A stretch of 63,818 bases of DNA, counting the filler, from Octopus bimaculoides (Eukaryota), in the NCBI RefSeq assembly GCF_001194135.2. It is 14 parts of 14 records of this genome, joined end to end, with 100 filler letters (N's around TTAATTAATTAA, not from the genome) between each part and the next. Parts side by side here need not be neighbours in the genome. Positions count along the whole stretch, not along the records: positions 22,792 to 30,957 come from NC_068983.1; positions 31,058 to 33,031 come from NW_026399929.1; positions 33,132 to 37,557 come from NC_068989.1; positions 37,658 to 41,922 come from NC_068995.1; 10 more parts are not named here. One strand, given 5' to 3'. The position numbers were made by a program, and so were the translations under genes. The notes beneath the pieces are model-generated. The model saw only the letters and a program-made list of their open reading frames with translations. It did no database searches and was not told where the DNA came from. Below, one piece after another: positions 25,253 to 39,205 of the stretch. Each line of letters opens with the position of its first letter. The stretch's first letter is position 1.

Positions 25253-26118
25253 GAAGGAATTATTATTATTTGCTGACTTGTGGAGTTAAGTCGAACAGCT
25301 GTTATTGCATGTGGGTCGAACCCGATTATCTGTCAGGTCCATTGGGAAGACCGTCTCACCACCCACCTTCAGTAAGATAGGGCAAGCGGTGTTCCTGTCA
25401 AGCAGCTCTAACGAAAGAAGTTGCATGGTGGACGATACTGAAAGGATGGAGGACAGACACCTTCCACACCGACTTTTTTTTAAAGTTCTACGTGGAAAGG
25501 AAAATAAGGATGAAGAGAGATGAGCTACCTTCTAGTGAATTTGTAAAACGATGGGTGACTGTGGCAAAAATTGGATTGGTCGAATGACTAATTCCATAGA
25601 TTCCATGCGTCCATAGATTGAAAAGCAACAATTGGAAGAGAGATCGTGTATTTGGTGGTCAGAGTAATCTTGGTTCCGTAAGGTTTCTTGATTGGCTGTA
25701 GCTGGAGTTTTTCTTGTATCAGGAGGACTGTGTCTTTCATACTTTTATCGTAGTTCCTGTTCTCAAAACTGCAATGTGAAACATTCTTCTGCTTTGAAAA
25801 GTGACAGTATCTTTTCAGTAAATGAAGTTGTTACTGTTGCTGTTGTCGTTGCTGCTGCTGTTGCTGTTACTGTTATTGTTGTTGTTCTTATATACACCCC
25901 AACTTGGCCATGATCAAGCATACTGAAGATCAAGGTCATTCTAGCAGTAAACAGGCTACTTTTATCCGGACACATCATCGATGCAGCCTTCGCTTTTTCA
26001 GCGCAGTGATTTAAGGAAGATTTTCTCGCCTTTTATAGTCGGTGGGGCAACAAAATAAATACCCTCAGGAGAAGGCCTTACCTTTGACCTCCACTTCGTT
26101 GATGTTACAATTGCTGGC

Positions 26119-26350
26119 AAGGCGGCGAGCAGGCAGAGTCGTTAGAACACCGGGGGAAAAGCTTAGTGGCACTTCGTCCATCTTTATTAAGTACCGAGCT
26201 AAAATTTCGTGGAGATCGACTTTGCCTTTTATCCTTTCGGGATGGATGAAATAAGTATCATTAGAGCACTGGGGGAGGGGGGTCAATGTAGTCGACTTAC
26301 CCCATCCTTCGAATTTATTGGGTTGGTGCCGAAATTTGAAACCGATATTG
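26119..26350 (+). mobile_element. SINE group C (tRNA-like head with long A-B spacer)
   Basis: aaggcggcgagc.ggcaga ... gtcgactttgccttt.atcctttcgg ... gtgccgaaatttgaaacc. Confidence 0.75.
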
Positions 26351-26959
26351 CATTTGCTGGTATTTGCCATACGTCGCAAGGCAAAAAGAAATTCAAATTG
26401 ATGTATTACTGTGTTGATTAAAGATCTTGATTTTCGAGTCAGACTACGTCAGTCGTGTAATGAGTGTGTGTTCCGTCTGAGACAGCCCTTAACGTTGCCG
26501 TCCTGCTCCGGCCCGCAAGCCTATACAGGTTCATACAGCTGACCCAAAGGTGCCTCCTCCAGAAAAGCTTCTCCTCATTCGTTAGTTACGCTATTGTCAG
26601 ACGTTGTTATGGTCGTATCGTCTTAAAGTCAACGTCTGTGTCTTTTTTTTTTTTTTTTTCTAGATGCATTATTACACGTATGATAAACTTATTCTTTACG
26701 CCAATTCTACTCTTTTTTCCTTAAGAAATGAAAAAAACAAAAACAAAAAAACACACACACACAAAACGATAGATTGTGATTTAAATAAGTTCAGGCTATT
26801 ATTTCCGGCAACGAATGCAAGATATTTACAAACATCTACGTTGACTCCGAAATTCTAAAACGTATGGTGAGCATAAGTAGTGATGCTCTAACTTCGAAGT
26901 GCAGAAAGATATAGATAGGTTCAAAGACATACTTTTTAAGACCTCGAATATGCATGTTC

Positions 26960-27025
<66 letters not shown>

Positions 27026-27728
27026 TTATCTATGTGAAATTGTGTATGTATACACATACGTACATGCGTGTGTTGCTATAGATGAATAGATGTATCCACG
27101 CACACGCATATCCATATAGACACAAATATATACGCTGTTTGCTTGATTAATAAATGTACATACATACACACGTACATGCAGGAATGTATGTATGTATGTA
27201 TGTATGTATGTATGAAATCAAGCAATCTCACACAAATAACAGGAAAAGAAGAAGATAAAGAGAAAAAAATCACAAAAGTATCTATTAGAAGACTCCACAA
27301 AACTAATATACACACATTCAAACAAACACACACACATATACACATACATACACACGCACATATCTATATATGTATGTATGTATATATGTGTACATGTATG
27401 TCTATTTATGTGTGTGTGTGTGTGTGTGAATATATCATGAGAAAAAACAAAGAAACAAAAACTACATACCATTAAGGTAAATTATTCAATATCTACAAAA
27501 CCAGACTGTATCTATTAACCCACCCCACTGGCCCCATCCACCGCCCATAAAATGATAAATGAAAATAACAAATAAAAAAACGAACTCCCAGCAAAAAACA
27601 AAAAGGAAGGCATTTTATCAGTATTTCAGACCTACTGAAAACGAATCACTCGAAATCATGCCGAGATAAACCGCCGGGGGTATTTTCATTGAATACTCCT
27701 ATAGTTTGCTGTGGACCCAGTCAAAATG

Positions 27729-27807
<79 letters not shown>

Positions 27808-27871
27808 TGATAATAGGAATGACAACAATAAAAATAAAAACCTTATTGATATCTATTTAAAAAAAAACAAA

Positions 27872-27907
<36 letters not shown>

Positions 27908-28049
27908 CTCACCTACCCTTAGGCACACACAAAAGAACAACAAAACAAAAATGGCTGCTTCTAAAGCTGTTTCAAACTAATTAGTTATATGGAGATCCTG
28001 TTTGATGGTCGCCGCCATTGCAAACTCCCCAAGCTGGAAACGGGACTTT

Positions 28050-28621
28050 TCATTGTTTTATATTAGCGTGATATAGTGATGATGGTGGTGGTGGTGGTGG
28101 TGGTGGTGATAGTGGTGGTCCTGATACTGGGGCGGTGGTGATCATGTTGGTGTTGTTGTTGTTGGTTGTGGTGTTGATGAAGATGGTAGTAGTTCTTATA
28201 CAGGCGTCATTTGTTTTCTGCTTATAAATTTTTTTGTCCCCCCACCACCACCAGTCCGTCAAGGGAGAACAGTGGCGGCGAGTATGGTGGGGGTGGCGGC
28301 AATGACGGTGATATTAGTGAAACTTTTGGTACCAGCAGTGGTAGGAGTAATGGTGGTGGCGAGGTTTAATAGACATGATGTTTATGGTGGTGGTGGAATT
28401 AGTTATCTTGGTAGCGGTGGCGGTAGTGTTAGTGGCGGCGCTGTCATAGCGGTGGTAATAATGGTAGATGCGATGGTGGTGGTGGCAGTGATGATCGTGG
28501 GGTTGGTGGTGGGCAACAGTTACCCCATGATCCCATTGTTCTCCCTTCCTACATTTGGAGTCTCCACATTGAAATGGCATCGGTGTATATTAGTAATTAA
28601 TAAGACGATGATGGCCATAAA

Positions 28622-28688
<67 letters not shown>

Positions 28689-28690
28689 CA
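28050..28690. repeat. (GGT)/(GAT)-rich low-complexity region
   Basis: Direct reading. Confidence 0.85.
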
Positions 28691-28863
28691 AATGATCTGC
28701 CTTGTTCGGCTTGGGAAGCTTCGAGAAAATTGTTTAATCTAATAAATGAAAAAAAAGTGTTAACATCGTGTCTGCGCGCGCGTTTATCAATGACAGATGT
28801 CTGTAAATTGTATATAATTATATATATATACAGTCATATACATGGATGTATGTATGCAGAAAT

Positions 28864-28908
<45 letters not shown>

Positions 28909-30529
28909 TATAGACAGCAGTGTGCAATGTTTTACCAAAATGAAAAACTATAATTGTAATTAAATATGACTAGGCTGTTAGAAATACCTACATTGCTAGA
29001 AATGAGAGCTGAACTGNNNNNNNNNNNNNNNNNNNNNNNNNNNNNNNNNNNNNNNNNNNNNNNNNNNNNNNNNNNNNNNNNNNNNNNNNNNNNNNNNNNN
29101 NNNNNNNNNNNNNNNNNNNNNNNNNNNNNNNNNNNNNNNNNNNNNNNNNNNNNNNNNNNNNNNNNNNNNNNNNNNNNNNNNNNNNNNNNNNNNNNNNNNN
29201 NNNNNNNNNNNNNNNNNNNNNNNNNNNNNNNNNNNNNNNNNNNNNNNNNNNNNNNNNNNNNNNNNNNNNNNNNNNNNNNNNNNNNNNNNNNNNNNNNNNN
29301 NNNNNNNNNNNNNNNNNNNNNNNNNNNNNNNNNNNNNNNNNNNNNNNNNNNNNNNNNNNNNNNNNNNNNNNNNNNNNNNNNNNNNNNNNNNNNNNNNNNN
29401 NNNNNNNNNNNNNNNNNNNNNNNNNNNNNNNNNNNNNNNNNNNNNNNNNNNNNNATATATATGGCATATATACCTACATATATATGTATATATACATGCA
29501 TATATGGGTACAGGTTGTCAAAAGACGTGATCAAAATGAGAAATGACAACATACAAAACAAAAACATGGAAAACGAACTAATTTCTAACAACGAAAGAAA
29601 GAATTTGAGAAACAAGACAAGCAGCATAAAGAACAATCCCTTCATCTGTTGTCCCCTGTTTTATCTACTCCGCGTTTCGAAGGTAGGGACAAGACGTGAC
29701 TTCGTTAAAACAGTCGTTCCCTCAAAGCAAGTTTTAAAAAAATTGGTATTTGCGGAGGGATAAAGTGGTAAAAAAAAAACAGGACAGTAAGAACAAAACA
29801 GTAAAAACAAACGGTGAGGGCTGTGAAGCCATAACGAAGTGACGTAGTGAACGCTAGAGAAAGAAGCTTTGAGAAGATAGAGGCAAAAGTACGTCTTGTC
29901 TTTTGTAAGGAAGTGGAAGAAAGAAAGATAGCCGTTGGTCACGTGTGAGCAAAGAGAAAGCCAAGGAGGAAGAGTGAGGGAGAGAGAGGGAAAGAAAGAC
30001 AACGGTGAAGGGAGAGGAGAAGAATTATAGAAAGTGTAGGAGAGAAAAACACAAAGGAAGAACAAGAGAAGGAGATAAAATAGAGTTAGTTGTAGAGAAC
30101 GCATAGGAATTATTAGGATAAAACATAACCCACACATATGCACATCGCAACAGTATACACACACAAAGCAGCGAGGTCAAAATATGGCTGTGTGCATTTA
30201 TTTGTAGTACACACGTGTTTACCAGAACATGAAAGGCATTCGCTGCGTGATTTTTCCTGCAGGAAAAAATTATTTTTCACACTAAATATTTTGTCTCTAA
30301 AAAAAAATCACATTGAGCCGAGATCCGAGGGACGTTCATGGAGAGAAAATATTTCTCTGAAGCAATATCCCACTGTGAAAACCTTTCACACGTTCAGGAG
30401 TGTGTTAAAAAATAAATGTACGCATATGTGCACTTGTGTATGCATGTATATAATACATACGCATATATACATGCATACATGTCTCTATAAGCTTGATATA
30501 AAAATATATAGAAGCGAATATATATATAA

Positions 30530-30751
30530 GGGAAAGTCATTCTCTTTTGGTGCCTTACAATTTAACACACTCACCGGTAAAATTTCCACTCATTTACTTA
30601 ATGATTTTTCTAAAATTTTTGTCGCGTTTTGTAACTAGTGAAAAGGTTGCAAGACGCAACGATTATTTTAGAAAAATAAAAAAGAAATAAGTGGAAATTT
30701 TACCGGTGAGTGTGTTGAATTATAAGGCACCAAAAGAGAATGACTCTCCCC
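30530..30751. mobile_element. MITE with about 60-bp TIRs
   Basis: ggga.agtcattctcttttggtgcctta.aatt.aacacactcaccggtaaaatttccact inverted at both ends. Superfamily unclear. Confidence 0.85.
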
Positions 30752-31541
30752 AGACACATGAACTCACATAAAGAATCTTGCAAACCAAATCCAAAAACGA
30801 AATATATAAATATATACACACACACGTAGACACCAACTCTTTTCTCCCGCCTTTATTGAACGTCAAACTAATACATTACATGCGTATGTCCTTTTGATTT
30901 TTGTTGTGTTGTCATTTGTAAGTATTTGTTTTAAAATTTTTGATTACCTATATATATNNNNNNNNNNNNNNNNNNNNNNNNNNNNNNNNNNNNNNNNNNN
31001 NTTAATTAATTAANNNNNNNNNNNNNNNNNNNNNNNNNNNNNNNNNNNNNNNNNNNNATCCTCTCTTTTATATATATACAGATAATATTTAAAAATTGTT
31101 TGTAAATATCATAAACATTTAATAAAAATTAAAATAGTTACAGAAACTAGTTGCTAAAATAATATATATAAAAGAGCGCAGCATAACAAGATACTTATGT
31201 ATAATTTATATATGCTCAAATATACTTCCATACGTGCAAAAATATCTGGCTACACATGCACATAGATTTATGCATATACAAAATATGCATATTCAACAAT
31301 TGGAAATACAATACATTACATTAAAGTAATTGCATATATATATTATAGGCAATAATGTGCATGGATAAGTACATACAAGTATATAAGCACAAAAAAACTT
31401 ATATTATCATATACATACACGTATATACACATGCAGGTAGAAAAGTATATAGATATGCATATTCACCCATATACATATATACATAGATATACACATGCAA
31501 TCATACGCTCAGCTACATACAAATTAAAACCTGTATATCTT

Positions 31542-32015
31542 ATCTTAATATATAAAGCTGAAGTTGTGTGTCTGTGTGAAGCCTTTTTAAAAGTGTATAG
31601 AAATCCACATTTTCCATTTTTTTCTAAAAATTTTTACATCAATGGAATTTTCTCGATGTGAACTTTCCAGTGCAGTAATTAGAATTTTTAAATTCCGTTT
31701 ACTTTGTGTGATTTGAGGGAGATTTGGCTGTTGTTTCTAGCAACTTTTATATTTCTTCCCTTCTACTTGTACCGGCGTTCTTACACACGCGCTCAACATA
31801 TAATATAGAGGGTAAGAGTAAAAGAGGGAGAGAGAGTGATACATACAAAGTCATAGATTAAACTTTCCTCTCAGTATTCTTTCATAACATTGTTATGTAA
31901 AAACACACACAACTACACATACGTGATCTGTGACGACATACACATTGCTCTCATTCTCTAGTCATTGCTCCCCCTCTTCCTCTCTCGCTCTCTCAAGCGC
32001 ATACACGGGCAAGTA
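31542..32015 (+). mobile_element. Possible non-autonomous Helitron-like element
   Basis: 5' atcttaatatataaagctgaag..tgtg and 3' cacgggcaagt. Similar 5' ends (atctgtatatatataaaagagagg) occur on the minus strand at about 31058-31083 and 39122-39148. Confidence 0.4.
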
Positions 32016-33131
32016 AACACAATCATTCACAAAAATATAACTCATGTTCGTCAATATGGCATAACTACAGAGTTGTACCCCCCGACTTTGGAAGGTCATA
32101 ACTTTCAGAAAAATGAATATTTTTTAATGAAATTTTCTATGCATATATTATTTATTATGTAGATTCCGAATATACAAACATTTTCGGTGAAAGTGTTTTG
32201 GGAGGGAGTGGGGGACAATTTTCGGAAATTCCACTTNNNNNNNNNNNNNNNNNNNNNNNNNNNNNNNNNNNNNNNNNNNNNNNNNNNNNNNNNNNNNNNN
32301 NNNNNNNNNNNNNNNNNNNNNNNNNNNNNNNNNNNNNNNNNNNNNNNNNNNNNNNNNNNNNNNNNNNNNNNNNNNNNNNNNNNNNNNNNNNNNNNNNNNN
32401 NNNNNNNNNNNNNNNNNNNNNNNNNNNNNNNNNNNNNNNNNNNNNNNNNNNNNNNNNNNNNNNNNNNNNNNNNNNNNNNNNNNNNNNNNNNNNNNNNNNN
32501 NNNNNNNNNNNNNNNNNNNNNNNNNNNNNNNNNNNNNNNNNNNNNNNNNNNNNNNNNNNNNNNNNNNNNNNNNNNNNNNNNNNNNNNNNNNNNNNNNNNN
32601 NNNNNNNNNNNNNNNNNNNNNNNNNNNNNNNNNNNNNNNNNNNNNNNNNNNNNNNNNNNNNNNNNNNNNNNNNNNNNNNNNNNNNNNNNNNNNNNNNNNN
32701 NNNNNNNNNNNNNNNNNNNNNNNNNNNNNNNNNNNNNNNNNNNNNNNNNNNNNNNNNNNNNNNNNNNNNNNNNNNNNNTATTATAACTTTTGTTGTTCTG
32801 TTTAATATATACATAGATTATGCCTCCAAAGTAGAGAGTTTGCAGGGGAAAGAAAACAATCAGTTTAAAATGACAGCAACAGACTGCAGCAATTCACCAC
32901 ATTCCAGAAGCTACTTTGAACATAATGCAAAATGGTGCATCAACATCTTCTGCCCAATCTGATAGAATTATGGCAAAACTGTGTGGCAACAGATCGCCAG
33001 CAATTGCTTCATCAGAAATTGCCGTCCTAGCNNNNNNNNNNNNNNNNNNNNNNNNNNNNNNNNNNNNNNNNNNNNTTAATTAATTAANNNNNNNNNNNNN
33101 NNNNNNNNNNNNNNNNNNNNNNNNNNNNNNN

Positions 33132-33185
<54 letters not shown>

Positions 33186-34964
33186 TATATATATGTATAC
33201 ATGTAGATATACACAAACAGGCATGCGCTGGCTGTTACGTCTATCAGTTCCTGCTACTGTATAACGGTTACTCTTGTTATATTTTTTATACTTATACACA
33301 TACATACAGAAATGAAAAAAGAAATCTAATGAAGATATATATTGACAGACAGCGGGGTAATGGAGCTAATTCTACGCGAAAATGCTCATATTTAGTTAGA
33401 GGCAAACAAAAATATAAAATAGTTGAACTTTAATGCATGGACGATAGCTACGAGAAAGCCTCCTGGAGAGATAAGTATGGCGATCGAAGAATTAAGAAGA
33501 ATACTTGTATATTTTAGCAAATATGTTTTACTTCATAGATATTCTACAGTTTCAGTTACAAAACGAAAATTAGAAATGAAGTACTTTGCTGTGCAATACA
33601 TTTAAGATGTTATCTTTATCATTGCCAAACATACATCCTTTATCTTTCTCCGTTGCCAAATCTACTCTCTATTCCCCATCAATAATTTTCTCATCGAACT
33701 TATTGCTGAAAAACGTCGATTTATTATATGTCACAATAAATGACTAAAACAATAAGAGGTGCATTAAAAAAAACCCCGAATTATGAACAGTAGCATATAT
33801 TTAACTAATTGTATATCAGGTTTAAGGTTGATATATGGTACAGTATTTTTATGAGAAAGAACCTTTTAACTGACGCACATTTTCGCTTTGGGATATATTG
33901 TTTTTCTAATGGAATACATATAATATATTATTATATATTATTTCTGGTGGGGGACGAAATTAATCTTTTGTCGCTGTGGAGTTTTGTGTCAAAATGATTT
34001 ATAAATGTATTATAGCGCATAATTATATATATATATATATATATCTATACACCCACGAACACACACATAAGTATATATTTATTGAGCAATGTTACCGCAT
34101 TTACCACTGATAACTGTTAGAATACTTCTCTATAAATACTATAAAATTTCATGGGAGCAAATTAATTTACGGTGACTTTTCTGTAAAACATTTAAAAGAG
34201 TTGATACATACTATATTTTGTTATAAAGCTTTCTTTCTTGTGTGTATATATATATATATATATATACTTATATATGCAGAAAGAGACAGAGACAGAGATG
34301 GCACCTATTCTTTCATCTCAGGATATCTTTTATTGCAGAAAATAATTCTGTTATTTATTAATTTCATGCCTTCTTTGAGTTACTTATTATTTTCAAAATG
34401 ATGTGAATGTTTACTTCTCTTTGTTTCAGAGAAATGCAATGCCACAAAATATACCACATCATATGAAGAGATTTCACAGGAATTACAATTATTCATTATA
34501 ACAATGCTTAATGTATCCGTACAAAAAATCTATTTCCTATATAGATTATATAAAATATCACACATCATGTGTTCGAGAACATGCACACATGTACAACTAG
34601 TCTTACTTTCTAACATATGTACACACGATTTTATGAAATATATTTTACTTATGCAATAAAAATAAGAAGTATAGATACTGAATTTCTATACCTTCTCGGT
34701 TATAAAGACTTGATCTTTGGTTTCAAGTATAAGACACAATTATCATTATTGTTAAAGCGGCAAAATAATTAGCGTCATTTCGTCCGTCTTTTAATTAAAC
34801 TCAAATATGGCTGAGGTCGACTATCCCTTTCCATCCTTTTGGGAACGATCAAATAAGTACCAGTTGAGCTCTGAGTTCGATGTAATCGATTAAAGCTCTC
34901 CCCACAAATTTCATGTCTCGAGTCTATAATAGAAAGATTACTGTTAAGACGGTGAACTGGTAGA

Positions 34965-35236
34965 TTCGTTATTTGGGACAGCTACAAAAGAATCTTAACA
35001 TCTAAAGCTACTTGTTGTAGCCCAACGTTAGGATGTTTTCTTTCCCAACAGTCTAATATGTTGTGCGTATATGAATAATAATAGGTAGCTTTAAATGTCA
35101 AGAACCCTCCTAAGTATTCTAGCTGTCCCTAATAACTCTGTTTTCTGGAGTGGTATTAAACTGGTTTATATGTCTATTTCCTCTATCCATCAGCTCAAAT
35201 TTTTAGGGATAGCTCCTAATACAACAGGTATTCATT
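34965..35236 (-). mobile_element. R4/Dong 3' end, third subfamily
   Basis: IPVVLGAIPKNL..LQKTELLGTARILRRVLDI*. Confidence 0.7.
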
Positions 35237-37314
35237 TCCTCAATTGAAAGTGTTTTACGTAGGATGTGTGCGGTGCCTAGTAGTGCTATTTTCTGTATGC
35301 TATTTATACTTGTTATTCCTGGTGTTTTTGTTGTGTATTTATCTGAATATTTTTTTATCATACCCAATGCGCCTACTACGATAGGAATTGTTTCTGTTTT
35401 TAGACTCTACATTCGAGTTACCTCTATTTCCAGATCTTTGTATTTTGAAAGTTACTTCGGTTCTTTTAGAGAAACATTATCACCTGCTGGTATTGATACA
35501 TTGATGAGAAAGCAATTTTTCTTGGTGCTCTTTGACAACTGTATCTCGCCTTAATTTCCCTATTAGTAGGTATATGCATATCCCAGACTATGGTTGATTT
35601 CTCATTTTCTGTGACCTTTTCTGGCGTGCGCCTATACCATCTTTTTTTTTCTGTTGTTATTCCATACCGTTGGCATAGCTTCCAGTGTATATAGGTCCCA
35701 ACTCTGTCGTGTCTGTGAATATATTCCTTCTTAGCCAGGAGTGGGCAACCAGAGACAATATGATTTATTGTTTCATCTCCATCTCCACATATTCTGCAGT
35801 AACTTGTATTTCCTTTCATTGCTATTTTTTGGTAATTTCTGGTGGGATGGCTTTGATCTTGTGCTGCAGTTAAGGATCCTTCAGTCTCTGCTTTGAGTCC
35901 TGAGCTTCTCAGCCATTGTTGGGATTTTACTTTGTGTATTTCATTTCTGTTTAGTTTAACCCAGTATTTGCCATGAAGAGGCTTGCCTTGCTATCGTTTT
36001 ATCATTATCCGTTGGTGTTCCAGTTTTAGTTTTGATTTCAGTTGTTTTACAGCTTTTTTGTTTCTTCTTTTTCTTCATAGTTGTAAGATACTATGATTTC
36101 TTTTTTGTTTTTTGCATTTCCCATCTTCCTTAAATCTTGTAAACAGTTTTTTTGCTTAGTTCGTATTTTGTGACTATTTGTATTAGTTTTCCTTCTGAAG
36201 AAGGTATTTTTGTAGTCCTATGGTGGTCATTTTGTAGTAGTTTTCTAGCTCTATAAGGCCTCTACCGCCTTCCATGTGTTGTATATATAACTGTTCTATG
36301 ACAGATTTTGGGTGGGGCATCCTAAATCCTGTTCTCTTGTCTATTTTGATCAACTTATTTAGAGTCCAGTTAAGAATATTGTAGCTGTAACTTATAACTG
36401 GGACGGCTAGAGTGTTGATACCTATTATCTTATTTTTCCCATTGAGCTCTGTTTTCGGTATTAATCTAACTCGTCTACAGATAGATTCATGTATCTATAA
36501 TCTAAATTTTCTTATCTTCTTTCATTTGTGTGTGTTGCATCGTATATAGTACATGGATTCCTAAGTATTTGTATGTCTGGCTTTGGTTTAATTCTCTTAT
36601 TTCATTTGCCTTACCTAGTGTGATGTTGCTAATCTTAACTAGTTTTCCTCTCTTCAAGGTTTGTTTGTCACATTTTTCTAAACCAAATTTCATGTTTATT
36701 TCTTTGGTAAATCCATATACTGTCTGTAGCAATGTTGCCAGGTATTTATCATTTGTAGTGTAGTTTTAAATCATCCATATGTAAGAGTTGGCTGATTGTT
36801 TTGCCGTAACAGTTGTATCCACATCCAATTCTGCTTAGCATGTCAGGTAAAGGTGTCAGTAACAAACAGAATAGGAGTGAAGAGAGCGTGTCTCCCTGAA
36901 ATATTCCTGTTCTAATGGGGATGGCTTTGACTTTTATAAGTCCCTCGTTTGTCTGAGGTTGTAGATCTGTCTGCTATTTATACGTGGAATACTTTATATA
37001 TTTCATGATTATGGTTGTTACCTTGTTCATAACTAGTGTTTCTAGGATCCATATATGGGGAAGCTATCAAAAGCCTTTCGGTAATCGATCCAGGCCATAT
37101 CAGACACTTCTCTCTGCGGCTGTCTTCAGCTATGGCCTTATTGATCAGTAGCTGATCTCTATAGCCGTATGAGCCTTTGCAGCATCCCTTCTGTCTTCTG
37201 GAAACAGGCTGTTTCCTTCCAGATGTTTGGTCATTCTCGGTGATATTCTTGCAGTAAAAAAATTATCGGTCTGTAATGTTGTGGGTTTACCGTTTCAGTG
37301 GATTTGGAAACTAG

Positions 37315-37316
<2 letters not shown>
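35237..37316 (-). mobile_element. R4/Dong LINE, 2.1 kb decayed RT + CCHC + endonuclease
   Basis: GIFQGDTLSSLLF, HMDDLKL (YMDD-derived), CRICGDGDETINHIVSGC. Begins after the (TAA)n tract at 37317-37400. Confidence 0.93.
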
Positions 37317-37400
<84 letters not shown>

Positions 37401-37557
37401 TTATGTTTGACTTTTGTTTTGCATTTGTACAAGTTGGATCCAAGTCTCACCCAGAGACCTCAAGAGACAACAAGTTAGAAGTTCATGTAGGTGTTATGCC
37501 TAGGGTACCATATATTTGGATTTGTACAGTTTTGTTCAAGTGAATGTTTAAGAAACC
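37401..37557 (-). mobile_element. R4/Dong subfamily 2 3' UTR
   Basis: Reverse complement matches the 3' UTR at about 19870-19995. Confidence 0.85.
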
Positions 37558-38135
37558 NNNNNNNNNNNNNNNNNNNNNNNNNNNNNNNNNNNNNNNNNNN
37601 NTTAATTAATTAANNNNNNNNNNNNNNNNNNNNNNNNNNNNNNNNNNNNNNNNNNNNTCCTTACACCCACCCCAACCTCTGCCTACCTACATACCCCTAC
37701 CTCTACCCCCACCCTCAGCCTAACCCACACTCCACCCATGCTTTCCTCACTCTCGCCTCCCCTGCCTTCGCCTTCCCCCACCTCCCAACACCCTCACATC
37801 ACTTCACAACACATACCAAGCACACACTACAACTGACCAACTCCTTTCTCCCCTCCCCATTTTTTCACACCTACATACACACATATATACGTTAAGATCA
37901 CCAGCATTCTCTCTCACACACACACACACACACATACACACACACACAAACACACACACAGCTCCTCGTATTTGGGTCACCGTTTCTTTCCACTTTTGTT
38001 TCTTTCCCCTTTTGTTATCTCCCCTTTTTCTTAGTTCTCCTGCGTGAACTTTCTGTCCGGCAGTCGCCATGATAGATCGCTGACCAAAACATTCAATTTT
38101 TTTTCTTCGTGTTTTGCTCCTTGTTTTCTCCGCAT

Positions 38136-38172
38136 TCTTTCTGTTGAAGAGCGTAGCTCGAAACGTTAAAGA
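38136..38172 (+). ncRNA. Minimal hammerhead-like motif with core mismatch
   Basis: tcttt-CTGTTGA-a-gagc-gta-gctc-GAAA-CG-TT-aaaga. Confidence 0.4.
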
Positions 38173-39166
38173 CTTTCTCTATTCCCGAGCGTTAAACTAA
38201 TACATCCTTTTGTTGTTTACACCACCTGTCCTTGTCTGTCCACATGGGTTTGTTTACATCAATTCAGCAGTTTCCATAAAAAGTGTTTGGAAAGAACGCG
38301 AAAGAGATAGAGAGAGCGCGCTCTCCCTCCCTTACACACATGCCAGTTATCTCTCTTTCTTTCTTTCTTTCTCTCTCTCTCTCTCCCTGTCTCACACACA
38401 CAGCNNNNNNNNNNNNNNNNNNNNNNNNNNNNNNNNNNNNNNNNNNNNNNNNNNNNNNNNNNNNNNNNNNNNNNNNNNNNNNNNNNNNNNNNNNNNNNNN
38501 NNNNNNNNNNNNNNNNNNNNNNNNNNNNNNNNNNNNNNNNNNNNNNNNNNNNNNNNNNNNNNNNNNNNNNNNNNNNNNNNNNNNNNNNNNNNNNNNNNNN
38601 NNNNNNNNNNNNNNNNNNNNNNNNNNNNNNNNNNNNNNNNNNNNNNNNNNNNNNNNNNNNNNNNNNNNNNNNNNNNNNNNNNNNNNNNNNNNNNNNNNNN
38701 NNNNNNNNNNNNNNNNNNNNNNNNNNNNNNNNNNNNNNNNNNNNNNNNNNNNNNNNNNAGGGGGGGGGTATTTTTTTCTTTTTGCTTGTTGTTTCCTGCG
38801 TTTTTTTCTTTTTGCTTGTTAGCTGCCTACCACACAGACGCTGGCAAACAAAATGTATCTCTCCTTCACCCTCCCTCTCACAAACATACAATTTCTCTCT
38901 CTCTCTCGCCTTCACGAGTATACGCACAGATTTGATCTTTCCATGTCAACAAACTTCAAAATTGGTAAAATTTTATCGATTTTTACAGCTATACGCGGAT
39001 GCCTCTGAGAGAAAAACTTCGCTAAAATGCACATAAGGTCATGACACATTTCCTCCTAAAATTGGAGGGACATGCGTACTAATTTGTGGACGTGCATAAA
39101 CTACATTCACGTATACACACACATCCTCTCTTTTATATATATACAGATTATTGCTGTCAATATCTA

Positions 39167-39203
<37 letters not shown>

Positions 39204-39205
<2 letters not shown>

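Noticed and set aside
28272-28742. 156-aa Gly/Val-rich hydrophobic ORF
   Set aside because: Arises from (GGT)/(GAT) low-complexity DNA with no domain or splice support. The same applies to 22796-23023.
37660-37860. C-rich tract with G-quadruplex potential on the minus strand
   Set aside because: Irregular low-complexity sequence beside a gap, with nothing to distinguish it from background.
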